Source of the DNA: Octopus sinensis
Taxonomy: Eukaryota
Reading direction: 5' to 3'
NCBI RefSeq assembly: GCF_006345805.1
Contig: NC_043003.1
Location: 104,036,001 to 104,100,000, forward strand
DNA length: 64,000 nt
Below the pieces are notes generated by a model. That model searched no databases and had not been told where the DNA came from. It saw only the letters and a list, made by a program, of their open reading frames with translations. Of the stretch, positions 1-14,256 are shown in pieces. Position 1 is the stretch's first letter. Each line of letters opens with the position of its first letter. A program made the translations under genes and the position numbers.

Positions 1-707
1 CATTATTAGTACTATATATAACAGGTATATAGAATAGATCAAACAGCTATTAAGCACATATATTTATATACTTAATTTTAAAAAAGATCTTCAAATATAA
101 TTTATGAAATCACACACACAGAGAAAAGAAAAATGAAAAATATTTTTCAAAAAAGCAAATGGATTTTTGATTTTTTTGAAATGAGAAAATAAAATGTTTC
201 ATTGCACCTTACATAGATTGGGATGTTTCAAATTTGAACAGCAATTGTCCTAAATGACACTAAAACTCTAAGAGTTTGAACCCTAGACTCCCACCACAGC
301 AATGTCCATTGGTTAAAGAGCTTAACTTTTACTGACTCAGCTTTCCAGGTTTATAAGCTCTCATTGTATCTAGTTATAACTAGCCATTGCTAGCACTTTC
401 TAATTGTTGGTTCACTTTACATCAGTGAAGAAGCCATTTTCACGGTCAAGCTATTCATTCACCTTTTCTGGACTAAGATTCTGGTATTTAAAAAAAATGA
501 TACTCAGCTTGTTTAACAACAGCTTCTGCTCTAGTGTTGCATGTAATCAGAATGAACACTCATCTACAAAACTGGTCATATATAGATAACATTCTATTCC
601 CTCACACCTTTTATCATGATTAACTGTAGAGTATTTATTTATATATCAACCTTAGTATGTGTTTATTTATAATTAAATTTGTGTGTTTATATGTATAATT
701 AACTGTG

Positions 708-749
<42 letters not shown>

Positions 750-1602
750 AAAATATATAGATGAAAAAACAAATATGTCACAAATGCAAAAAAATTAAAA
801 GTGAAAAACATTACAAGTGTAAAAAATTGGCCAACACAGATTATAAACTATTTTATTCAAACAAAGATATAATTTAATGTTTCAGGAGGGGAGTTATTGC
901 TACAGCAGTTAAATGGATGAGAAAACAAGGGTAGAAATATTACAAATCTAAAGTGGAGCTAGAAATATTGTGAAAGGAAAAAAATTAGTTGGAGAGAATT
1001 TTTCTTCAACCACCCCACTTCGTTTTGCAGGTGTCAGCAAGTAAGGGAAATAACTCCTATTACAGTTTGTCCGTGAAAATTTAGCAATTATTGTAATTTA
1101 CTGAGGTATTTGTGATTAAATAATTGAATAAAATAGAGACAATTGCAATTGTAATACTACACAACAAGTGGAAACATTTATTTCTATTGCAGTAGTATCT
1201 TAACTTCTAAGCCAGTAGGAAATGTAGAAATAGGTGAACATGAAGATGAAAACAGAAATGAACTGCTTCAAATACGGTGCAGATATTTATCATTATTCCT
1301 GTATTATAACTGAATCCTGGGCCTTTGCATTCATGTGTGCAATATTCCTGCTTATAATGTCTAATACATCTCAAAAATTTTCATTTGATAGGTTTCTTTT
1401 TTTAATTTTGCTAGGATATGAAGACATTGCTAATGAGATTTCAACTGCCTTGATTAACAAGAGGTTATTTAGTTGTCCACAGCTATAAGATCTAACACAT
1501 AAACCAGGGCAAACAACAAAATTACAGCTATTAACACTAAACACACACACAAAAAAAAAAACAGTAGTACTTTAAAACTCAGTTATAATTAGGTATGATT
1601 AA

Positions 1603-1816
1603 GCCTTTTTATATCAACCTGCCCAAAACTGCCCATGGTTCTATGATGCAAACATTTCAAAGTGGTCTAAATTAAAACCTTTTCTCAAAATTCCATGATA
1701 ATTTATATTTCAAACAGCAGCTTAATAATAACAAAGTTATGTTATCAAATTCATTATTTTCAAAATTAATTGAAACAAAAGCAGTATTTTTCAACAGAAA
1801 TACAGTAACAAAAGGG
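1603..1816 (+). mobile_element. piggyBac-type MITE, same family, more decayed
   Basis: TTAA|gcctttttatatc ... gtaacaaaaggg|TTAA. The interior resembles 34502-34721. Confidence 0.6.
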
Positions 1817-4800
1817 TTAAAAGAATGAAACACAAGAAACAAATACACAAAGTGAGTTCTAGCAGAATAAAACAGGCAACAGTATTAAAATATTTCCTAC
1901 AGTTAAAGCTCTAGTTACAATTTCTGATTTCCTGATCAATAATGTCACAATGTTGTGTAGACATTTTTGGAGACCCTGTATTCATTCATTTACAAGTCTC
2001 TACATCTTAGGACAGCATACTTGGCTGATAATAAATATGGTGATGGTTAAAATACCGCTCAATACTATACTTCAAAAAGAACAAATGTTGAGGTATTCCT
2101 GTGCCCTAACTTATGGCTTGCTCCCAAGCATTTTGATTGGCTGTCTCAATGCAATAAATCTGCATAAAGAGTTGGTTGTGGTTATTTAAAATAAAATATA
2201 TTAAAATAACTACCAACAAATATTCTAGAATTGAACAAGAACATAAAAATAATCATTAACAATCACATGTAAATGAGATCAATTAATTATATTCAAAACC
2301 AGTTTAATAAAAATACATTAGAAAACTTAAACTCCCAAACACAATTGCTAGTAAAAATTATATTCATGAAAGTTTGGTATTAGTCAAAGAGTAAAGCTTT
2401 TTGTATTCAATTTTTAAACTTTAAATGAACACCAAAGTGAAATATTCCTGAAAGTAGCTAAGAATTTGACAATTGTTTTAAAAAATAATATGTGTCATTA
2501 CAAAACAGTTCATTATTATTACTTATAAAGATATTTGTTCAGCTATGGTTATTTCTAGGTTCTTTTTAGATAGCTTTAAATAATGCACAAATACACAATT
2601 TCATTCCTCTGGTGGTACTTTAAAAGAACATCGATATTGAAGTTTATTACATCAAAGTCAATTCCTGTACGATAAAGTTGATTAAATTAATGCATTATAA
2701 AATCTTAAAGATATTTGTCAATCTTATCTCATAAACCCCAAATGAAATTTAGCTTTAAACATAGGAAAGAAGGGTATGTTCACTTATTTGTATTAATATA
2801 TTTTTGTTTTGTAAATGGCTTGAATAAACTGGTTAGATAGAACTTAAATTCAAATGATTATATTTTTCTATTTATTCAGAGGAAGACAGGCAACATCCAT
2901 AAATTTTGCAGGTCTTCACAGACTAGTGAGATCCATGCTATTAATGTTCATCTCACACTGCCTCAAGGGCATGGAAGAAGGGTAAGAAAGCTGCAATTCT
3001 GGGAATAAATGATTGGGGAAATGTTTTTAGTGCAGGGCTTAGTGGAGGAGATAGAGAAAGGATGACAAAAATAGAAGTGGAGATAGACTGGACAAGTATG
3101 GTGTGTGAATGCATGTAGATGGGTACACCTTGGTTGGTATGGAGCTAAGCCTATTTGAGAATTAAGGTCTAAAGAAATTAAAGCAAAGATTTTAAAATAT
3201 TTATCTGTGTACAAATATCAACAGTCTATATTTAAAAAAGAAATTAACAAAAAAGTTATAAACAATGTAAGAAAGGAAAGAAAAACTTTGAGCAAATCAG
3301 GTTTGAAAACAGTTGAATATATAGATTAACAAATGTTTTATTTTAATTTTGAAAATAAATTTACATATCTCTTTTCTCGCTGTATATTTCACCCCAACAA
3401 GATTAATAGCATTAACTACTTCATTTGTTGGCATTAAAAATGTGTTTCTGAGGCTGTAGGCAAAGAAAAGTTCTACAGGGCCCATTTATGTTGTTGGTTG
3501 TAGTCAGGTACAAAGGCTAGAGTTAGCAGTGGTCAAATAATGTATATAGTATCAAGTTCCCAGTATGTGTACATGAACCAATAATTTGGTGTAACACCAC
3601 GATACTTATGGCCTGGAATGGATACTTGTTGTGAACAAGTTCCAAATGTACAGTTCTGCAATTTAAATCTGTCCCAAGTTTACGATACTGAGAAGTAATT
3701 TATCAGACACATTCCAATTGATATAGTCACAAAGTGAAATTTTGTGAGAAAGGTCTGTAGGCAACAAATCTATATCCTATCCTGATTAATACTCAAAAAA
3801 CTTGCTAAAATGTCGGCTCTATGAGGCTGTCTTGATTAATCCTTTTTGTTGCCAAAATTTTAGTGAACTACACTGCCTTTGTTTCGGCCATTATCAAGCT
3901 GGCCATTGGAAAATAAATTAACATGAGCTTTTGATAGGTTTTAATTTAAATCACTTTAAAACAAGCAGTTTGTATCACAGGATCAAGGGTGATCTCAGGC
4001 AGCTTGGTATAAGGGTCAATTATATCCACCACATATATATATATATAAAGGATTAACTGATTATTTAACATTTAGGTAAAATAAAACAATTGCTAAACTA
4101 TTGTTACTCAGTCAATGATCAAAGGTGTTCCAGCCATGACCATCCCATAGTTTTGCATATCAAGGGCTACATAGTTCACAGTAGGATATGATTTGTGGTT
4201 GATTTGGCTGTGGAATGATTACATAGAGGTTCTGTCATTGGCTTCCACATGATTATATGTAATCAATGTTATAAATTAAATGGTTAATCAGTTCTATTTC
4301 TTTTTTGCTTGTAATAGAAATGGCAATTGTGATATTTATGCCACTGGATGAAGAGAAATATCTATGACTGTCAGTCTAAACCACTCAGTTAGGGCTTGTG
4401 TGTGGGGTGTGTATATGCATAATTAAATGACTTATTCCAAAAAATAGCTTGTGAAATAAGATCATCACTTCGCCACAATGTGGTACAAACAGGAACCTGT
4501 TGATGAGTTGGTGTTGTCTGTCGTCTCACTGTTACCTTACTGCAAAATAATACTGACCATCACAATAAACAAGTGCATTGCAAATTGTAAGGGAGTGGAT
4601 TTCCCATTAACTAGCAAATGCTGAGTTGAAACCCCAACCTCCATAGGCATGACATGAAATGTGTGTGGTCATACTGGTGTCATCTTTATCCCCAAGTGTG
4701 ACAAGATAGTAACCATGTTTTCTGGTCTTAAAAATCAAAAGCTATTTATAAAACAAAAGTTTATATAAACAAAAGAAATAACTAACAAAATAAATAATAT

Positions 4801-5311
4801 GTATCTCAATAAAACTTCACTGGTCAATAACTAAGAGGTAAAAACTCAACACCAATGAGCCAATGGAGGTGCCTCCACATGTTTAATCAATCTGCTGGAA
4901 ATAACAACCAGATCCGTTTTGAAATAACACTAATGTTGTGACTCATGTAGTGCTAAGTATGAAATAAAAATGGAATGATCAGAGGTGGTACACATTTAGA
5001 TAATAAGTATGCTAGATAATGACTGAGAAGTGACTAAACGAGAACAACTTAACATTTATATAACGAATATCAGCAGAATAATTTCTAATTGTGCTCTCTG
5101 GAAAAATGAAAAGAAAAAGTACTGGTCTCTTACGCAAAAAGCTTCAAGTATATAACAGGAAAGGAGATGAAAAGTTAGGGCATTCAGGATTATCCCAACT
5201 GTATTTATTAGACATGAAGATGAATGAATTTGCAGACTAGAATTTAAAATTTTGCTCTTATAGAAAAGAGTCACAAAACTTTTGATGTAAAGGAAGCAGA
5301 TCTTATTACTA

Positions 5312-5448
5312 AGATGTGAAATGGCTTACAGTACCCTCAGTTCCATGGTAGTAATCAAGATGTTAAATAATTTATGGTGCCCTAAGCTCCAAGGTTGTGA
5401 TTGAGATGTGAAATATTTTACAGTGCCTACAACTCCATGGTAGTAATT
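5312..5448. repeat. Three diverged tandem copies of a 46-bp unit
   Basis: Units start at 5312, 5358 and 5404; consensus agatgtgaaatattttacagtgcc...ctccatggtagtaat. Confidence 0.8.
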
Positions 5449-6389
5449 TAAATGAGGAGGAGACTGAAGCAATGAAAAGAGACTTCTGGAAAGTGAACAC
5501 CTGCCATGGCAGATTGAAACCAATTCTAGAATTGGTAACACATTGTATCTGTTTGGCCATTTCATCTCTATAATATCAGAACAGCAAATTTAGAATAAAA
5601 CCCCCCAGACAAGCTGAAAGGAGATACATATTTCTTTTTGCTAACAGGGGCCACTATCAACTAGCTGGAATGAGTGAAAGAGAAACTGCTTTTGGATAAC
5701 TAGAGTATGTATGAGATTGCGTTCACATTCAACATGTTCCTATAAAAATGCATTGTTACTTTATGTAGTGTTTCAGTCATTCTTTTATGGAACTGTGCAT
5801 TAATTTATTGTCCTTGCACTCATATGAAATATAACCCTTACTGAAGGACCTTGATTTAAGAAAAAAAAAAAAAACCCAACAAACACCAGATACCTACAGA
5901 GACAGAAAGAAGCCAAGGAAACACCTGTTGTACAAACATGTGCAACTGCAGCAGATGGCATGGTGTATAGAGTTTAAAAGTGAGTAAAACAAATCATTTG
6001 GTATTAATAGTCATTTGGTATTGTTAATCTTTGGAATGGAAACAAGTAAACTATATACCATGCTATGCTGCTCTTTAACTAGAAATAGTACCAAAGGTGA
6101 AGAAGAATTGAAGTATGTCAAAACGATGACCTTTCAAAATTTGAAAATTCAACTTTTGACTAGATGTAAACTACTAAATAGTTTGTTAGTGCCTTATTTG
6201 GGGTCATAATTGAATAAATTGAAATGATGAAATAAAACACACATGCAAGATGTAATAGCTTCTGAGCTATGAAGAACTTCAAAGGTCAGTCAGCATCTGA
6301 AAGACAAATCTTTCTTTGGATAGGACGCCAGTCTATCACAAGTGACTTTTCGAAATGGCTTGATATCTCTCTTTCCTTATATATATATA

Positions 6390-6420
<31 letters not shown>

Positions 6421-8136
6421 CTCAATAGAGCAAGGTCAACTGAAACCGAAAGTGTATTACCTAAATATATAAAGAACTACCTTTAAGAAATTTCAAAGAT
6501 AAAAACGTAGAAGGTAACAGCCCAGTACCATATCCACTTAGCATTTGTTCTAGAAGTTGATAGGGTACTGAGCTACCAAGCAGGAAATCAAACATTTGTA
6601 TGCTGTCACAAGTGCTGTAATGTGTTTCTAGATCAGAAAAAAACTTTTCAATGCCCCAAACTAACTGTCTAGATGTAGGTGTTGTAGCTAGACAGAGTCC
6701 ACCACAATAAGTATGGAAGAGCTGAGATGGTCTTGTCTATCAGGCAAGCATTTTGTTAGTTTCAGTGCCAAGCTCAAATCCTGTTGCAAGCATAAACTGG
6801 AATGTTAAGTATTGCCAAGCTAACTTTCCTGAGATGTCCAATACAGAAGCAGGATGTGGAAGAAGCAGTGGTCATGTCTCCCTGACTCCTTAGGTCACAC
6901 CATCAAACTTTAATTACTTCCTTCATCAATCAGCTACTTAACTATCTATTAGGAAATGTAATATAAACATGAACAAAAAAAACTAGAAACTAAAATAACA
7001 CTCAAAACAAATTTATGGAAGAACAAACTACCAAAAAAAAAACTGGATGAACTCTCAACAATATCAAATATGAAGAAAAAATAAACTCTAAAGTAAAATT
7101 ATAAAATATAAAGAGTTTTCAACTTTCCATATTTTTTTCTTTCCTTTCTTTTCTCTGGAGATCTTCATTGGAATTTTTCTAAAATATAATTATTTGTAAT
7201 ATACAAAGGTTGGTAGTGCTTAAACCTTTGGCTAAGCTCTATGGAAAAAGTGAGCAGCAACAGTACCAATAAGTAAAAAAAAAACCCCAAAAAAACCTAT
7301 TGACAATGAATAAAAAGATGAAAATTGAGAAACTTTCTTTATAAAAAAATCCCCAAAACATGAATTTGTGTATTTTTGCTGGACTATAGTAAAAAAAAAA
7401 AAGTGTGTGTGTGTATAGAGTTTTACAGATAATATAAGTATGTATATATGCATGTTTGTAGGAATATACAAAGATGCGTGTACAAAAAGGCTACAAATGT
7501 ATATTCATGTCAGAACATCTGCATGTATGTTTGCAGAAGGTACCAAGTTCATCAGAAAGTAGTGGAGAATAGAAGAGGAAATAGAAGGAATGTTCCAGAA
7601 ACCAGAGCAACACCTGGCCAGGACTTACTTTGCTCAATTACAGCAGGGATTGCGCCATTTGCATCTGCCTCTTCTACGACAAGAGATTTGTTGTTTTTCT
7701 TTTTTTAGTATTAGCTGGCCATTCCAACCATCCTCATCGATACTCATACATACACCCATCTGTATTATACTGACAATATTTCTTCTGAAACTGGCTTTGT
7801 TCTTTGAAACAGGAATTCATTAAAAATGTGAGTTAAAACCCTCAGACCTCCACAAAAGATATGGAGAAAAAAAAAAAGGGAGGGGAGCCATCTTTTGTAC
7901 TACCACCACAAATATAAAATCTTAGGAAATGATGAAGTACTATGCAAGTCATCTCGTACACACACACAAATAAAGCAGTTTATACATCAAGGTAAGTCAA
8001 AATCTCAAGACATGAGAATTAAAAATACAAATTTACTACATTATCATAAATGTCATTTGTCATACCAAATGACAGCATAACTGCCAGAGCCTGGCTATGG
8101 ATAATGCTTGCCTGTTCTTAGTGGGAAGAAATCAAT

Positions 8137-8177
<41 letters not shown>

Positions 8178-11100
8178 TTTGTGTATGTAATTTGAATAAT
8201 TAAATGCACTATTTCATGTACTGAATGTGTGCAAAAACATTTTCATAATATAATTTAAAATTGTATAACCCTAGCTTCAACTCTAAGCCACCTTGTAGAT
8301 GGACGAGAGAAACCTGAGAAAAAGAAAGTGCAACATTGTATACTGTCTTCTCTAATTTTGCCTTTTTCCTAATATTTATTTACCAATAAAAAAATGGCAG
8401 AAATTTTTTAAAATTTCTGGAGTTAATTGGAAATTGAAAGACCACCACATTTTAAAATACACTATAACACAAAGTATATATCATCATGATAATAGTGATA
8501 TCTGGAAAATATAACTACCAGACCATTATGTTGTATATTTTTAAGATCAATAAAATATAATCGGAAGATAACTAATTTAATATCATGATTTTTCTACAAT
8601 AACTGAAATAAATGCAAAAAAAAAAAAACCCCCAAAACAAAAAGATAAATGCTTTTTTGGAGGGGGCTATTTAAAATCCTAAATATAATGAACTTATTGT
8701 ATACGGTGCTCAGGTGCAAAAGAGAGATAGATTTGATCCAATATAAATTAAGAAAGCAAATGCAGGCACCAGTTTTTGTCCTATCAATAGCGGTATATTT
8801 AATATATACAATTATTGAATTTTGGTGAAGTTATTATATACCTTACATAATATATAGTTACAATGATAATTATATTCATTTTTACTTGATTATTTCATAA
8901 AAGGTAAACACTGGAGTGTAATATATATACATGTATGTAATAATATTACAGAATGAGAACATAAATGTGAATATATATGCATGTGTTTTCAAGACTAAAG
9001 CAATTTGACTTAGTCCTAAGACACAAGAGGATCAAATCACTTGCTAAATCAGTGTATCAAGAATATGCAACCATATTCTGTGAATAATCATTGCTTAATG
9101 ATAAATAAACCTATGAGGTAAAACTCTAATAAAAAACGGAAAAAAAATCAAGTATCAGATATAATGGATCAGTGAGTAAAAATTACAAGTTCACTTCATG
9201 ACAAAGTTCTTATTGTGTATACACAAACAGATGTATACAGACATGATGTATACAAATATGCATTGTGCTAGGAATCTGTCGAAGAGTATTTGTGGACTTT
9301 AAAATTTTTAGTCATCTAAAATCTATGGACAAACATCAGATGTACACAGAAAAGAAAGAATAAGGTAAGTAATCAGGCTTCTGCTATAAAAAGACTGGCC
9401 ATTTTAAGTGATTTATTTAAAAATTTGGACAAGAAACAATCATTCACTGTAACAAACATTTATCACATAATTCATAGAATATACACACTCACACATGCGA
9501 TTTGTTAAAACAAAATACACTCAGACACACACACGTGTGTGTGTGTGTGTGAGAGAATTTGAAAATCAAAAATCTTCATTAGACTAGAAATACATATATG
9601 TATAAACGCACACATATATGCAAACATATTAGCAATGAATTTCAGTAAGCATGTGCTTTACCATGCTTTTTCAATTTTGAGATCTGTTTTCAAGAAAGGA
9701 GCAGTCTGAAGTTTTAATTTACTGATTGTTGTAAATTTGAAACCTGAGTGAAAGCAGAATGTGCATACATTCCTGCACACACAAATGCACGTCCAAAGAC
9801 AATTTTATGAGCAGCTAAATACAGCAGTGACTCACACAATCCATTCTCCATCAAACTTTCTCAATTGTCTTTTGATATATAGACTGCTTTGAAAAGTGTA
9901 TAATATCCATACAACAGGGAATGGTCTGAGGAATAATAGTTGGCATTTTTATTTTTAAGGAATGGTTCCAACAGCAGGTAAATATGAGGTATAAACTGGG
10001 AGTAGCTAAACTTTATATGTGAGTGTGTATCTATGTGTGTGTGTGTGTGTATTATCTACAATGCTTATTAAAAGTACTAAAACAATGCTAGTTTGTTTTT
10101 TGTCTTGTATAATTTTTTTCCTGTTTTTGATATTTTTCTCTCATCCCATTGTGTTACAATAATAATAATGAGGATTGAAACAAAATTATGGGATTTCTTA
10201 GAAATATTCAAGAATTACTAAACATTTACATTTAAGATTGAATACCTCTGGGAGAAGAGGAGAAATAAAATTCCATCTAAAAAATAAGAATTTCAAGAAT
10301 CATTTCTAAACTTTCAGGAAACTCCCATTTATGAATGGAAATTCTTTAAATATTTGAGAAAATAGAAAAAAATAATTCATTGCATTTCAAAATATTCTAA
10401 ATATATTTTTTTTAAATCTAAAAAATTTGATATTTCCTTTTATTTTTGGTTGAGTTAAATGATAATTTCTAAGATTTCATCAAATTTTTATAGAAAACTT
10501 CAATGTCTTCAAAATTCTTATATTTCTTATTTTCACCAACTGTCATACAGTTTTGGAGATCATTTTTGTTGTTTTTAACTGATTTCAGTGTTCCAACGGG
10601 GTTTATTTAATTGACTATTAAGAGATGAACAACAAAGTCAATCCTGGCAGAAAATGAAGTCAGAACATAAAAAGACGCAGCTGAAGAATTCAAGGCCTTT
10701 AATCTGACACTATCATTTTTGCCATTCCACTTAGATAAGTATTATCGGAGCAGTAGAATAGCAGAAACAGCAGAGCAATGGAAAAAATATCTTGCAGTAA
10801 TATTAGTTACATCATCCTGCATTGAAAGTCAAATACCACCAAAGTAAACTTTGCCATTCAGTCTCTGAGGTAGATAAACTACCAGCTAAATACTAGTTGA
10901 TGTAATTGACTGTCCCTCACCACTAATATGGCCTTGTACCCATGTTAGAAATCATCATCGTCATTATTATTATAGCTCAATAAGAGAGGAAAAATTAAGA
11001 AACAACAATTTTGATTATATTTCAATAAATTTCATTGAATTGATTTTGCATTGCTAAAATTTTGAGCAATGCAAGAAGGGAGGTGAAAACAATACGCTTG

Positions 11101-12387
11101 AATATGAGTGATCTATGAGTAATTAATTAGTATATATATATATGTGTGTCTGTATCTTTTGTTTCACTTTATAAATCAGGCAGGGAAAGGCATATGAAAA
11201 AAATGAATTTTTTAAAAAAATCATTTTTTACTGGGGGAATGTAAGGTATAGGGGGGGGGGAGAGCTTGTGGGGTATTTTATCTTTTGTTTCGTTCAGCCA
11301 ATAGTCCCTGGTTTAAAACTGTTCAGTAATCATTATATACAGACATCATGACTTCATACATGCCATGGGAAGAGAATATAATGGGGGAGAAGGGAAGAAA
11401 CAAGTGGGGGGGGGAGAGGCAGTGTGTAAAATAGGTAGAAGGAATTTGATAGTGGTGATGGTGGGTCACAAAGACAATGAAGACATACAGACAGACAATG
11501 TGGACAAGACGAAGAGTATTTGTGACTTACCAAGTAACATTTTACCACCCGCTAATTAAATAAGTGGATTGAAATAAAACCCCTAATCCAGCCCCAAAAG
11601 AGAAAAATTAAGTGGATATTTTATTTGAGGTAGGAAGGATAGAATGATGAGGGAAGGGCCATAGGATATGAAGATGGCAAACAGATTTGGGGAAGCTTTT
11701 TCTTTCTTCCTAAACTGTATTTTTTTTCTAACCATCTTTTCTTTTTCACTCAAAAAGATTAAAAAGATAAAAACAAAAAAATATATATATACAAATCATA
11801 AGTTTTCAAGACTAATATTTTGTCCTCCTCCCTTCTTTTACACCTGATTAATACAAGCAACAATAAGTATAAGTAAGATGTCTTTTTTTTTTACCACCCT
11901 ACTCTTTTCTTTCCCGTAGTTATAGAAGTTGAAGGTGGAGAGAACAAAACAAAAATAACAAAATTTTTTTAAAAACAAATCATAGGGCTGGTGGGCAAGG
12001 GTGTGGGAGAGCAGAGATCAAGCAGATAATCAGGCTGCAAAATGCTCAGAAGTAGTGGTTAATATAATGATTGGCTGATTCAGTCCGCATGACACAACAG
12101 CACTTCATTCCAATTGGTCGTTAGCGCCTTCCAGAACCTAGGTAAAATGGTTAGAGAAAAAGGGGTGTTTTTTAAAAACAACAAGCTTTCCATCGAACAA
12201 TGAAATTTTTTTTTTTGTTTTTATTCGACATCAAAATAACTTAAGAAAAGAAAGAGAGAAGATGCACATACATACACATATAAATATATATGTTTATTTT
12301 TATAAAAAAAAGAAAAAACATTATGCAAGTTCATGATCAGAAAGTACCTGTATGTTGAATATGTTTCTGTATGTATGTATGTATGAA

Positions 12388-12418
<31 letters not shown>

Positions 12419-12927
12419 CTGTGTGTGTGTGTGTGTGTGTGTGTCATTTAAAGAGCCAAGAGAAAGCGAGCGTCATGGTTCATGCCAATATTGCACAATG
12501 CTTCAATGCGAGATTATTTGGGTTCAAATGAGATTACTTTGAAAGTTCTAGTTGTAAGAAGACAGAAAAAACTGTGGACGTATGTATGTGTATGTATAAG
12601 ATTCTTCCGATTTTCCAACTGTTGGTACTTGTAGATACATATATATATATACACACACACACATACACACATATATATATATATACATCTTTCTTCAATA
12701 GAGCTCCAGGCAAATGGTGATAGTTGTTTATACATATAAATCTATCAGATCTTCCCACTATATGTCACATGTGCTGCATGTAGGATGAGGGAGACAAAGA
12801 AAGAGAGATGGAGAGACAGACTGAGGGAGATATATATAAAGTTACGAGAAGGGCAAGGGTTAATGGGTAGCAAAAGCACGTAATTTTTTATTTTTTGTTT
12901 AAACACTGGTTTCATGCACGTCATGCC

Positions 12928-12972
12928 TCAACCTAAACCATGATCTTCAAAGAACCCCTGGGGTGTCTCCTC
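12928..12972 (-). CDS. AP1S: AP-1 sigma distal alternative terminal exon: EETPQGFFEDHGLG*
   Basis: Acceptor ttattccgttatttctAG, phase 0, 14 codons plus TGA. This is the recognisable invertebrate sigma-1 C-terminus. The tagGAG context also allows a 3-nt shifted acceptor. Confidence 0.93.
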   Translation of the reverse strand, partial: EETPQGFFEDHGLG

Positions 12973-13400
12973 CTAGAAATAACGGAATAAATTATCAGAG
13001 ATAATAACTTGAAAAAAAAAGTTTATTTTTAATAAATATTTTTAAAAATATACAGAAAAAAAACACCAATTTAAAGCATCTTAGCACTAGATAAGTTCAT
13101 ATATATATATGTATATATAAAATTAGGGACCTTACTGAATGACTGCATAGAATTTAGTATTTAATTCAATAAATGACCACTATTTTGATGACAGGCAGCT
13201 ACAATTAATTTCCATTTCCCTTTCAGTTTAAATGTATGTAATAATATGTAAGAATATTAAATTCCACATGCTTGAAGTCCAGCTCCAATAAACTTAATAT
13301 ATAGTTTGAAATGAAGGCAGTAATCAAACATGCACACTCTGAAAGTGTGTGCATGTGGTTTATAAATAATCTCATTTTAAGAGACATTATTTAAGTATAT

Positions 13401-13775
13401 GGAAGCACTCCGTCGGTTACGACGACGAGGGTTCTGGTTGATCCGAATCAACGGAACAGCCTGCTCGTGAAATTAACGTGTAAGTGGCTGAGCCCTCCAC
13501 AGACACGTGCACCCTTAACGTAGTTCTCGGGGATATTCAGCGTGACACAGAGAGTGACAAGGCCGGCCCCTTGAAATACAGGTACAACAGAAACAGGAAG
13601 TAAGAGTGAGAGAAAGTTGTGGTGAAAGAGTACAGCAGGGATCACCACCATCCCCTGCCGGAGCTTTAGGTGTTTTCGCTCAATAAACACTCACAACGCC
13701 CGGTCTGTGAATCGAAACCACGATCCTATGACCGTGAGTCCACTGCCCTAACCACTGGGCCATTGCGCCTCCACA
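13401..13775 (-). mobile_element. Young tRNA-derived SINE
   Basis: A box TGGCCCAGTGG and B box GGTTTCGATTC. CpG-rich. 13-bp TSD tatttaa(g/a)tatat at 13388-13400 and 13776-13788. Confidence 0.85.
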
Positions 13776-13947
13776 TATTTAAATATATAAAATAGTAATA
13801 ATATCTACCTATACACACACACAAAGTAGAGATAATTGTACGAATAATAGATATATGTGCTTATGTTTGTTTACAAGCATAAGCAGATACAATTCATTCA
13901 ACTTTTAAGTTTTATATGTATGTATGGTATGAATATGTGTGTGTGTT

Positions 13948-13983
<36 letters not shown>

Positions 13984-13987
<4 letters not shown>

Positions 13988-14256
13988 AGTGCCACCTCAA
14001 TTGGCCTCCGTGCTGGTGGCATGTAAAAAGCACCAACCGATCATGGCTGTTGCCAGCCTCGCCTGGCACGGGTGCTGGTGGCACGTAAAAATCACCCACT
14101 AAACTCATGGAGTGGTTGGCATTAGGAAGGGCATCCAGCTGTAGAAACACTGCCAGATCAGACTGGGCCTGGTGCAGCCTTGTGGCTTCCCAGACCCCAG
14201 TCGAACCGTCCAACCCATGCTAGCATGGAAAGCGGAAGTTAAACGACGACGATGAT
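13984..14256 (+). mobile_element. RTE 3'-tail element (truncated LINE or RTE-dependent SINE)
   Basis: ggttggcattaggaagggcatccag...ccgtccaacccatgctagcatggaaagcgga...(GAT)n, the same tail as the RTE LINE at 50238. Confidence 0.85.

Noticed and set aside
1234-5565. Hydrophobic ORFs (1234-1488, 5056-5274, 5326-5565) as GPCR fragments
   Set aside because: No family motifs or coherent splice structure. Hydrophobicity is expected from T-rich DNA.
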